Assembly (NCBI GenBank): GCA_051649065.1 | Contig: JBOFGJ010000684.1 | Location: forward strand, 1 to 48,681 | Direction of reading: 5' to 3' | Source of the DNA: Flavobacterium sp. | GTDB lineage: Bacteria > Bacteroidota > Bacteroidia > Flavobacteriales > Flavobacteriaceae | Length of the DNA: 48,681 nucleotides | Shown: in pieces, positions 1 to 8,001 of the stretch | How the letters are laid out: every line of letters starts with the position of its first letter | Numbering within the stretch: the first letter of the stretch is position 1 | Translations under genes and position numbers: made by a program | Notes under the pieces: generated by a model | What the model was told of the DNA's origin: nothing | What the model saw: the letters and a program-made list of their open reading frames with translations, nothing else | Database searches by the model: none

Positions 1-74
1 GGGGTGTGTGTCCCACACAGGGGTATATTGACGCCTTCGGCATAGGTATAGAGGAGGGGTATTGTTCTACCGTT
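1..74. repeat. Terminal direct repeat, left copy (circular-assembly overlap or short terminal redundancy)
   Basis: 1..74 is identical to 48608..48681. Confidence 0.95.
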
Positions 75-261
75 CACACCTTTCATCATCTTCCCACACT
101 AACCTATTGAAACCATTCATATATACGCCTACGGCGAGTGCTATTGTATAGCTACCGACACCGAGTGTCGTAAATACTACTGCTTACGCCCTTGGCGAGT
201 GCCTATATATAGGTGTGTTGTTCCCTCTATACCTACGCTATACATTCTTTATAAATAGGTG

Positions 262-289
262 TTGACTTCCTCATTCATTAGCGTATATT
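262..289 (+). promoter_or_regulatory. Host sigma70-type early promoter
   Basis: TTGACT (262-267), 16-nt spacer, TATATT (284-289), AT-rich upstream, at the head of the + strand arm. Confidence 0.65.
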
Positions 290-328
290 TAAATACATCG
301 GGAGGGGCAGGAGACCAACCGGTAGTTA

Positions 329-362
329 GTGAGGTAACTCTCACGAACATGCTCTTTAACAA
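329..362 (+). promoter_or_regulatory. boxB-like hairpin plus rrn-type boxA antitermination site
   Basis: GTGAG-gtaact-CTCAC hairpin (329-344) then TGCTCTTTAACAA (350-362), the rrn leader boxA consensus. Confidence 0.75.
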
Positions 363-560
363 TACGCTAGATAATATACTTGCATGAGCCATAGGCGAAT
401 GCTATCATGTATAGAGGTTCACAAGGTTAGCCAATCAGTGAAAGATAAACACGTTAAAACTCTAGGGCTAACATTATATAGGTAGATGTGTAACGCATAA
501 GCGTAGCAAATACCAATTGACTCGATAACCAGATAGTGTATATTAGATAGCGTAACAAGA

Positions 561-591
561 GAGACAGGACATCGTCTCTGTTCTTTAAAAA
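561..591 (+). promoter_or_regulatory. Second hairpin plus boxA-like site
   Basis: GAGAC-aggacatc-GTCTC hairpin (561-578) directly followed by TGTTCTTTAAAAA (579-591). Confidence 0.55.
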
Positions 592-1282
592 GATGAATAT
601 AGATGTGTGTGACGCTAAGTGTTAGGAATGATAAAGTCACGCTGTCACTAGATGGCCTCGGATAATAGGTTTAATGCTAGGTAGCATTCCTGTGAATAGA
701 GCAGCATGGTGAAGAGCGGCAAAGGTTCCTTGTCTTAAATGACAAACGCCAATGGCAGAACGGGAAGATACGGTTGACGACCGGCCCCATAATTACAGCA
801 CATCATCTATATTGCAGCCATAACATCAAGTACAGCTATTAGGTACGTTATGGAGACAGCGCCACAATTGGGTGGCAATGACGGACAAGAGATTGTCCCG
901 CTTGGATAGGCGAAACTATCCTCCCCTCAAGGTGAACGTAGCGTGTGATTCCTAGCGTTGTTCTCTATAGGTAGCCACAAGGGGAAAGAGTTAACTAGGT
1001 ACTGAAAGGAAAGCTAGTTAACAACTCAAGCGTCTTAGTCTAGCAACCTATGGCGCTTTATGATGTTAACCGAACAAAGTGATTATGCTAAGTGGATAGT
1101 TATTAGATGTGACTCACCATCTATCTAGTAACATATAAATCTACGAGGACATAGGCTTTATAAAAACCTTAGTTATACAGCGGTTCATAACCCTACTGTC
1201 AATTGCTATTGTGGATATAAGGTTTCTTAAACAGGCTAGGATGTTTAAGGTCACACCCAACTTAATCTAAAAGGAACTACCT

Positions 1283-1843
1283 ATGAAACATACATTCGAA
1301 CAACTTAATGCTATCATCGCTACTATCGCTGCCTCTGAAAACGTAACACGTAAAGAGCTTGGCGAGTTCTCTCGTGTGGCTCTCACTTATGTATTGGAAA
1401 GCGAAGATGTACGTCCTATCAATACCTTGTTAGGTAAAATTGATGGCGTAAATGTCCTCACCTCTGTTAACCGTCGTACTGCTAATCTATTCTTCCGTGA
1501 GTTTGCTCCCTTTGCAGACAATGGTGCTAAAGAATTGGAAACTTTAGTATTCACTAAGAAGAAAGCTAAAGTGTGGGACAAGTATGTCACTAAGATTGAA
1601 GCGTTCTTAGCCGATGAAAAGAATAACATCTGGACTTGGGCCAATGAGAATATTAAACTCGAAGCTAAAGCTAAAGACTACGCTGGTAAGATTAAACAGC
1701 TTATTGAGAAAGCCTTAGCTGATGAAGTTGAAGGCATTACACAAGAGCAATTGTTACAGGCTGTACTGGATGGCGGTATTGAAGTGGATGCCATTATCAA
1801 GCTGGCTGTACAGGCTCAGAATCCATTAGGGGAAGCCGCTTAA
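1283..1843 (+). CDS. Early hypothetical protein (186 aa)
   Basis: Long ORF with AAGGA RBS; first gene after the long leader. Confidence 0.85.
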   Translation: MKHTFEQLNAIIATIAASENVTRKELGEFSRVALTYVLESEDVRPINTLLGKIDGVNVLTSVNRRTANLFFREFAPFADNGAKELETLVFTKKKAKVWDKYVTKIEAFLADEKNNIWTWANENIKLEAKAKDYAGKIKQLIEKALADEVEGITQEQLLQAVLDGGIEVDAIIKLAVQAQNPLGEAA

Positions 1844-1850
1844 CATAACA

Positions 1851-1953
1851 AAGGGTACATAAGAGAGAGCCTGTTGTGGATAGCTCTCTTAGATTGTGCA
1901 CAATTATTAAGAGTTGAATAAGGTTCAATTCCTTTCCTCTCTTATGTGCCCTT
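1851..1953 (+). other. 17-bp closing stem enclosing a tRNA-like element (possible RNA processing site)
   Basis: AAGGGTACATAAGAGAG (1851-1867) pairs with CTCTCTTATGTGCCCTT (1937-1953); internal GGTTCAATTCC. Confidence 0.5.
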
Positions 1954-1977
1954 GATTATGTTAATAGGAGAATAATT

Positions 1978-2166
1978 ATGTTAAAGATAGGGGATATTTG
2001 TCATATAAAAATTTCTATAGGTATTAATCAAAATAACGTAGTATTAATAGAATTTGTTAAAGGTTATGATATGTGGCTTACACGTAGAGTTGGGGAATGG
2101 CGTAGAAGTGTTTTATATGTTAGCCCTGAACTGTTAATTAAAGTGGTGGATGAAGAGAATGAATAA
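1978..2166 (+). CDS. EENE-tag family small protein 1 (SH3/KOW-like)
   Basis: AGGAG RBS; MLKIGDIC...VVDEENE*. Confidence 0.85.
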   Translation: MLKIGDICHIKISIGINQNNVVLIEFVKGYDMWLTRRVGEWRRSVLYVSPELLIKVVDEENE

Positions 2167-2171
2167 TTGTT

Positions 2172-2369
2172 TTGATGTATTTACTGATAAAGATGTATGA
2201 AGATATGAATATAAATGAATTAATTACTATTCTTGAACAAGCAAAGAAAGATGTGGGCGGTGATACTGAGGTTGTATTCAGTGATTCAGATAGCTGGCAA
2301 GAGGATTTCACCACATCACGTATTTATGTTGATTCCAGAGGGTTTATAAAATGTTTGATATATATATAA
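2172..2369 (+). CDS. Hypothetical protein (start uncertain)
   Basis: ORF track; fits the operon. Confidence 0.6.
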   Translation: MMYLLIKMYEDMNINELITILEQAKKDVGGDTEVVFSDSDSWQEDFTTSRIYVDSRGFIKCLIYI

Positions 2370-2503
2370 ACAATCGTTGTCTAGGCCGTGGTGTTAACAA
2401 AGAAATGGCTAATGCTATCATCTCTGCTAATGCTACACTATCTAGTGTAATATACAAACACGCTACGTTAAAGGTAGTTCCTTTATATCAATTGAATAGT
2501 TGA
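2351..2503 (+). CDS. Small hypothetical protein (50 aa)
   Basis: Read by hand: MFDIYINNRC...QLNS*; GAGG upstream. Confidence 0.5.
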   Translation: MFDIYINNRCLGRGVNKEMANAIISANATLSSVIYKHATLKVVPLYQLNS

Positions 2504-2510
2504 GGTTTAT

Positions 2511-2666
2511 ATGATTCTAAAAGACTTTCGTATAGTGTATGAGTATAAGCAACACTTAGACACTCGCATCATTCGTAATTGTGAGAATATGAGAGAAGCC
2601 TCTTATAAATTTATGAATGAAGTGAATCACGATTACATCATCTCAGTTAATGAGGTGAGTAAATGA
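2511..2666 (+). CDS. Small hypothetical protein (51 aa)
   Basis: Read by hand: GAGGT RBS, MILKDFRIVYE...EVSK*; ATGA overlap with next gene. Confidence 0.6.
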   Translation: MILKDFRIVYEYKQHLDTRIIRNCENMREASYKFMNEVNHDYIISVNEVSK

Positions 2667-2863
2667 TATTTAAGAAAGGTGATATAGTCCAATTTACACA
2701 CGGTAGCAGCCATAGAGAAACAGCTAAGGGTATTGGTGTAGTGGTATTATGTTCTGAATATTGGTGTGATGTTATGTATGAAGGTATTAACTATACCATA
2801 ACCGCCAATATTATTGAATTTCCTTACGATTCAATTAAACTACTTGAGGAAGAAAACGAATGA
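2663..2863 (+). CDS. EENE-tag family small protein 2
   Basis: MIFKKGDIV...LLEEENE*. Confidence 0.85.
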   Translation: MIFKKGDIVQFTHGSSHRETAKGIGVVVLCSEYWCDVMYEGINYTITANIIEFPYDSIKLLEEENE

Positions 2864-3009
2864 ATCTCTATCGTATTGCATATGAAACATTAACACGTTT
2901 CACCCCTAGCTATTGTTCTATCTTTGCAGATAGTGAATCAGATGCTATTGCTAAGTTTAAAACGAAGCATAGCGAGAAGGTATTACGTGTATCAATTAGC
3001 TGGGGCTAA
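2860..3009 (+). CDS. Small hypothetical protein (49 aa)
   Basis: Read by hand: MNLYRIAYE...SISWG*; ATGA-coupled to the previous gene. Confidence 0.6.
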   Translation: MNLYRIAYETLTRFTPSYCSIFADSESDAIAKFKTKHSEKVLRVSISWG

Positions 3010-3254
3010 ATACTATTATCTACCCTGTTAAGCGTTAGTTATTAGCGCTTAACGTGGTATACAATGGTGTATATCATTTTAATTACCCATATGGGAATAG
3101 CGCTAGGGCGAGCACTATAGCTCAAACATCCGCTATTAAGAGAATTCCCTGTAATAAAGACTATATGTAGGTGTAGTGGATGATTACTAAACCATAGGTA
3201 TTTTCAGGGGTGTGAATGCCTATTCTTATTAACCAATCACTGTAGGAATATAAA

Positions 3255-3419
3255 ATGACATTAGAATATTTACGCTCAATACAACAGGACTTAACCCCTA
3301 GACAAGTTATCAATAGCGGCCCTCATGACAGATGTGGGGCTAAGAAAGAGGGTAAGGAACAAGATAAAACTTATTCTTTACATCTACCTAGTGGGAGTTC
3401 TAGTTATGAGTTCTTTTAA
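3255..3419 (+). CDS. Small hypothetical protein (54 aa)
   Basis: Read by hand: AGGA RBS, MTLEYLRS...YEFF*. Confidence 0.5.
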   Translation: MTLEYLRSIQQDLTPRQVINSGPHDRCGAKKEGKEQDKTYSLHLPSGSSSYEFF

Positions 3420-3600
3420 AGAAGGGGATGTTATTGTAGCCTGTGATGTACTAAAAGGTTCTGGTATTACTAAGGGCCTAGTCTATAAAGTATGTCGTTT
3501 AAGTGATGATAATCATCTTGTATATATAATTAATAATAATAAAGAAATCAAAGGTTATTTTATTTGGCGTTTTACTTTAATTGATGAGGAGAATGAGTGA
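3406..3600 (+). CDS. EENE-tag family small protein 3
   Basis: Start re-called to ATG 3406 (GGGAG RBS); MSSFKEGDVIV...LIDEENE*. Confidence 0.85.
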   Translation: MSSFKEGDVIVACDVLKGSGITKGLVYKVCRLSDDNHLVYIINNNKEIKGYFIWRFTLIDEENE

Positions 3601-3803
3601 TGGAAATATTAATTTATGCTATCATCTATATTGTAATAGGTTTTGTATTTGGCACCTTCTTATTAATATTAATTAAAGTGGTGGATGGTTTTGTTTCAGG
3701 TAATGATCGTTGGTTTGCATTTTTAATGGCATTTTTATGGCCCATAGCACTACCATTCTTTTTCTTATTTGAATTATGCAATCAAATATGGAGACGCTTA
3801 TAA
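3597..3803 (+). CDS. Small membrane protein
   Basis: Two hydrophobic stretches, WP motif. Confidence 0.7.
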   Translation: MMEILIYAIIYIVIGFVFGTFLLILIKVVDGFVSGNDRWFAFLMAFLWPIALPFFFLFELCNQIWRRL

Positions 3804-4033
3804 TGCGTACTAAACCAATTTATTCTTATACATTCTGTAAGGATGCTCCATTAAAAGAGCAACGTCATTCACATACAATGAAAGGTAAGAGTAAAGCTCC
3901 TACACGCTTCTCTAAGCCTCCACGTTCTATGCCTAAGCAGAGTGCAGGTATGACTAAAGAAGTGTCCTATGGCTCTCACAAAGCGTATGAAAACGTATTG
4001 GAGAATACACGTAAGGAAATAGGGTATGTCTAA
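3776..4033 (+). CDS. Basic hypothetical protein (probable start ATG 3803)
   Basis: ORF track; TAATG coupling at 3803. Confidence 0.65.
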   Translation: MQSNMETLIMRTKPIYSYTFCKDAPLKEQRHSHTMKGKSKAPTRFSKPPRSMPKQSAGMTKEVSYGSHKAYENVLENTRKEIGYV

Positions 4034-4211
4034 TTACGCTTTTACTAAAGATAAGAACAAGTTAGTTGTTATGCGTGAAGTTGATACTGTTACGCTATTT
4101 ATCAATGACAACGTAGAGAGCGCTAATGAATTTCCTAGTGAGCTGGTAGCTCAGGCTTACATTCATTTCTTGTGTACGCTGTACACCTCTCAAGGGTGGA
4201 AAAGAGAATGA
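4026..4211 (+). CDS. Hypothetical protein
   Basis: AAGGA RBS, overlaps previous stop. Confidence 0.7.
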   Translation: MSNYAFTKDKNKLVVMREVDTVTLFINDNVESANEFPSELVAQAYIHFLCTLYTSQGWKRE

Positions 4212-4396
4212 ATAAAGGTGATTGTGTAATAGCTATTAGTACAGGTGACAATACATTAACTAAAGGTAAACCATATTTGATTTTGGATGGGGATTTTATT
4301 AATAGTGATCCATTGGTAATAGTAAAAAATGATAATGGTATTTCACAGTGGTATTATAGTAGCCGCTTTATCTTAACAGATGAAGAGAATGAATAG
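4208..4396 (+). CDS. EENE-tag family small protein 4
   Basis: Start re-called to 4208 (ATGA overlap); MNKGDCVIA...LTDEENE*. Confidence 0.85.
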   Translation: MNKGDCVIAISTGDNTLTKGKPYLILDGDFINSDPLVIVKNDNGISQWYYSSRFILTDEENE

Positions 4397-4502
4397 ACAC
4401 ACGAATAGTTAAAAATTAATTAGTTATTATAAAGTAGTAGATTGAATTAGGGAGCGTATGCGAAGCATACATAGTATTATACATCCCCTTATACTAAGGG
4501 TC

Positions 4503-4548
4503 TTATATACTAATTAACCTCTAAAATCAGAAAAAGTTACCAATTTCT
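4503..4548 (-). promoter_or_regulatory. 46-bp repeated motif, putative phage-sigma promoter (copy 1, antisense to early genes)
   Basis: AGAAATTRGTAACTTTT-N8-TAGAGGTTAAKTAGTATATAA, also at 25503-25548(+) and 41933-41978(-). Confidence 0.6.
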
Positions 4549-4564
4549 AAGGAGAAATGTCTTT

Positions 4565-4825
4565 ATGTCAATGGGAAGTTATTCTTTATCTTATGAAGCC
4601 GGTGATAAGATTGTGTTTAAACTTAGAACAGGTGGAGAATTAACAGGAGCGGTCACCTACACAGGTGGAAGATGGCATGATTATGGGGATTCTTCATTCT
4701 TTGGATTCACATTAGATGCCTTCGTAACTTTAGGTGAATTCCAATCCAGCGGAGGTCACACATCTATAACATTATGTGGCTGTTATCTAAAAGGTATAAT
4801 TAGTAAAATAGGAGAGTCTAAATGA
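4565..4825 (+). CDS. Hypothetical protein
   Basis: AAGGAG RBS; has a GDxI motif but no EENE tag. Confidence 0.7.
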   Translation: MSMGSYSLSYEAGDKIVFKLRTGGELTGAVTYTGGRWHDYGDSSFFGFTLDAFVTLGEFQSSGGHTSITLCGCYLKGIISKIGESK

Positions 4826-5034
4826 ACGGTAAGAGAGCACGTAAGCTACGTAAGGCAGCATCTGTTTATGCGGAACAATTAAAGCTATCATCTTCTACGC
4901 AGTATAAAGAAGCTGATTCTAAGCGTGTTCTTGTAGATCCTGTTAGCCAACAAGTGTATGGAGTGGTGAATGGGCAACGTACATTGAGTGAATGTGAGCG
5001 TAAATTGTATAAGACAATGAAGGAGATGGTATGA
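4822..5034 (+). CDS. Basic hypothetical protein
   Basis: AGGAG RBS; MNGKRARKLRK. Confidence 0.75.
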   Translation: MNGKRARKLRKAASVYAEQLKLSSSTQYKEADSKRVLVDPVSQQVYGVVNGQRTLSECERKLYKTMKEMV

Positions 5035-5235
5035 GCATTGTACAAGATAAAGCTACAGAAGTGTTGTTGAACCTAATTACTAAGGCCGCTAGCGCCTAAA
5101 CTCTATCTATTAGAATACGCTACCTCTCTAATTAAGGGTTATAACGCTCTGTAAGCCACGCTACGAGCTTTTATCTATAGAGGGTATACGTATGTATGTC
5201 TTCTATGTATAAACGTCTTACAACACAGTAGAGGA

Positions 5236-5454
5236 ATGAAAATGAAATATCCAGCTTGGGCTAATTATCTAGTGTTCCATAGAGGAGAATATTTTTTATT
5301 AAGTGATATTAAGACTCCTTATAAATGGAAGCGTGCTACGGTAGTTGGTGGCGCTATAACAGGAACAAAAGGTATAGATATGAATTCTACAATGGGAGTT
5401 ATAGCTAGGGATGGTAAGATTATACAATATTTAGGAGAAGAAGAGAATGAGTAG
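5236..5454 (+). CDS. EENE-tag family small protein 5 (no GD motif)
   Basis: Ends YLGEEENE*. Confidence 0.8.
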   Translation: MKMKYPAWANYLVFHRGEYFLLSDIKTPYKWKRATVVGGAITGTKGIDMNSTMGVIARDGKIIQYLGEEENE

Positions 5455-5668
5455 ATTTAAAGTAGGAGATATTGTTATTATAAATAGAGTTACGTCAATA
5501 AAGACTGGAAACCTTAAGTACGAGCTTGAAAATTATAGACATTTACATGGTAAATGTGGTGTAATAAAGGAAGTAACAGAGAGGGGGAGTCAACCATATA
5601 TAGTAAAGGTTGATAATAGAGAGTGGTATGTACATGATATTTCATTAATTGAAGAGGAAAATGAATGA
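5447..5668 (+). CDS. EENE-tag family small protein 6
   Basis: MSRFKVGDIV...LIEEENE*. Confidence 0.85.
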   Translation: MSRFKVGDIVIINRVTSIKTGNLKYELENYRHLHGKCGVIKEVTERGSQPYIVKVDNREWYVHDISLIEEENE

Positions 5669-6030
5669 TGTTAATGAAAGCATCTAGTGTATCACAAAGA
5701 GATAGGGCACGTAAGTTTATTAATAAATGTCTAAATTCTACAGATAGATGGTTCTTAACATTAACTCAATTTGATTCTCTATTTACTAATACTGATTTTT
5801 GTACATATTCAGATAAACCATTTAACGGTGAATCGGATATTACAATAGAACGTATTAATCCTAAAAAGGGGTATGAAGAGGGAAATGTATGTTTAGTTAC
5901 TAAAGAAGCAAATCAGCATAAATCACATCTAGACGCGTTTGTTAAGCAAGATATTATAACTCCTGCATTAAAAATTAAATTATTACGTAAAGCATTATAT
6001 CAACTGGAGAAGGAAGAGAAGAATGTTTAA
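5665..6030 (+). CDS. HNH-fold / T4 Srd-like protein
   Basis: C-x-Y...TIERINPKKGYEEGNVCLV...ANQHK pattern. Confidence 0.5.
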   Translation: MMLMKASSVSQRDRARKFINKCLNSTDRWFLTLTQFDSLFTNTDFCTYSDKPFNGESDITIERINPKKGYEEGNVCLVTKEANQHKSHLDAFVKQDIITPALKIKLLRKALYQLEKEEKNV

Positions 6031-7363
6031 GAAAACTGCTATTAAAGATTTGGTAATTGGTGGACATTACGTAGCGTATAGCGCTAAAAGTAAAAAGCTA
6101 TCATCTAATGGCTTGGCTGGTGTATTCGTTAAAGTGGTTTCAGTCACTGATACCGACGTCAAAGTGGAAGTGTTGTCACACAAATACACAATGGATATTA
6201 AAAATATATCCACTCGTGAAGATGCTTGGATTTATGAACCAAACATTGATAAGTTTAAAGTTAAGATTATTCAGAAAGTTAAGTCTGATGATTACCCTAA
6301 ATTTACAGATAAGATGATTGAAGCTGGTTGGGTAGGTAAGCAATTAGAGATTGATGTATCATCTATTCGTCTATCACAGAAAGAGGGTAATGATGGTCAC
6401 TCTATTATCTCTGTAACAGAGGATGATAAACGTGCAACATTACGTGTTGGTTGGATTGCTCCTGTAGACGCTCCAGAATGGCGTATACCACGTGCTGAGC
6501 GTATGGGTGTGGGTGCTGTAGAGATTAAACTCCCCCCAAAGCCTGTAAGCGCTGAGGAACAAGAGGTATTAACTACCCTTAGCGCTCATATTAAGAAATT
6601 AGTTAAGGGGGCTAATAGGGGGGCTTGTTGTGCATTCTCTATTATTAATGATAAGGATGATGAAGTATTTTATGGTAGAAACGAGCCTTGTCATGCTTCA
6701 CTAAGTAGTCCTAAACAAGAAGGAGCTCCTAAGTGGGTATTATCTACACATCAACGTGTAGGTGATAATATTACAGATGAAATTAGAGATTCATACATCT
6801 CATATTTAACTAATTATAGTATGTTCAAAGATGCATTCTATATCAAAGATACTGAATGGATTATTGCAAATTGCTATGTAATGCGTACAGATGTATCCGC
6901 TAATCTATTGGCTGGTGCATTAATGGCTACACGTCAGATATGGGAACATCCTTCTCATATGATTGGTTGGTATCGTCTTATGGAACAAGGGATTCCTGCT
7001 GATTTAGCCTTTATGTTTGGTTCATTAACATCTGTATCTGATGGTGGTAAGAAAGCTAAATTTTCAGATTTAGGTGGTAGTCATTGCCAATTCCATATTG
7101 GGCAGATGTCTGATGAATGTATTAAGAATGCATTTGACCATAATCCAACTAATGTTAAACGAGGCTTATATAAAGAGAGTCCTTATTATGAGGGTGTTAA
7201 CGCTATGTGGAGTAAGGACTTTGGGAATACTCACTCCGCATTAACACCGTTACGCTCCATCAAAGAAGCGGGTGGTGGATGGGATTCAGCTATTCCAATT
7301 GACGACGCAATGGAACAAGCTGCTGATATTATTGAAGACTGGATGAAGAGAAACGAATTATGA
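6023..7363 (+). CDS. Hypothetical protein (446 aa) heading the amidotransferase/ligase cluster
   Basis: Long ORF coupled to the GATase gene; no motif recognised. Confidence 0.85.
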   Translation: MFKKTAIKDLVIGGHYVAYSAKSKKLSSNGLAGVFVKVVSVTDTDVKVEVLSHKYTMDIKNISTREDAWIYEPNIDKFKVKIIQKVKSDDYPKFTDKMIEAGWVGKQLEIDVSSIRLSQKEGNDGHSIISVTEDDKRATLRVGWIAPVDAPEWRIPRAERMGVGAVEIKLPPKPVSAEEQEVLTTLSAHIKKLVKGANRGACCAFSIINDKDDEVFYGRNEPCHASLSSPKQEGAPKWVLSTHQRVGDNITDEIRDSYISYLTNYSMFKDAFYIKDTEWIIANCYVMRTDVSANLLAGALMATRQIWEHPSHMIGWYRLMEQGIPADLAFMFGSLTSVSDGGKKAKFSDLGGSHCQFHIGQMSDECIKNAFDHNPTNVKRGLYKESPYYEGVNAMWSKDFGNTHSALTPLRSIKEAGGGWDSAIPIDDAMEQAADIIEDWMKRNEL

Positions 7364-8001
7364 AAGTACATGTAATTGGCGGTGAATATAGTTATATTAA
7401 AATGTATAAGGAACGTGGAATTGAACATGTCCCTATTGGCGAGGCTGATTTCGTACAATTTACAGGGGGAGCGGACGTATACCCAGCTCTATATAGCCAA
7501 CACACCCATCAGTTTACCTACTGTTCACCTGAACGTGACCATAGAGAGACTCTTATCTATTCCCATTGTATTGAGCGTAATCTAAAAATGGTAGGGATAT
7601 GTCGTGGCGCTCAATTCCTTAATGTGATGAACAACGGAGAAATGTTCCAAGATGTAGAAGGGCACGCTACAATGAGAGGGCATGATGTATTAGACATTGA
7701 AACTAATGCTATCATCCCTTGTACCTCTACACACCATCAAATGATGTCTCCAAACCTCAACACAGGTATTTTGGTGGCTAAGGCTGCTAGTGTATTGTCT
7801 CCTGTTAAGAAATCAATGACAGACCTCTCAGAGCTTCCTAAAGAAGTATTAGAGAAATATCCAGATGATGTAGAAGTGGTGTTCTATAAAGACACTAATT
7901 GCTTATGCTTCCAACCTCATCCTGAGATTGTACGTAAGGAGCATCCATGTCAAGAATATTTCTTCTCTTTATTGGAGCGCTATCTAAATGTTAAAATTTG
8001 A
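7360..8001 (+). CDS. Class I glutamine amidotransferase / gamma-glutamyl hydrolase (peptidase C26-like)
   Basis: TGGADV, GICRGAQ (catalytic Cys), FQPHPE (His-Glu). Confidence 0.9.
   Translation: MKVHVIGGEYSYIKMYKERGIEHVPIGEADFVQFTGGADVYPALYSQHTHQFTYCSPERDHRETLIYSHCIERNLKMVGICRGAQFLNVMNNGEMFQDVEGHATMRGHDVLDIETNAIIPCTSTHHQMMSPNLNTGILVAKAASVLSPVKKSMTDLSELPKEVLEKYPDDVEVVFYKDTNCLCFQPHPEIVRKEHPCQEYFFSLLERYLNVKI

Noticed and set aside
1-74. 74-bp repeat as the proven physical terminal repeat
   Set aside because: It cannot be distinguished from assembler overlap without reads.
419-640. Minus-strand 73-aa ORF
   Set aside because: It is antisense to the early leader and overlaps a boxA site, with no RBS or motif.
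1863-1941. Functional tRNA gene
   Set aside because: There is no canonical anticodon loop, the T-stem is weak and there is no CCA; kept only as a tRNA-like element.
5031-5154. Frameshifted micro-gene (MSIVQDKATE... / ...EYATSLIKGYNAL)
   Set aside because: Too short to support without homologues.
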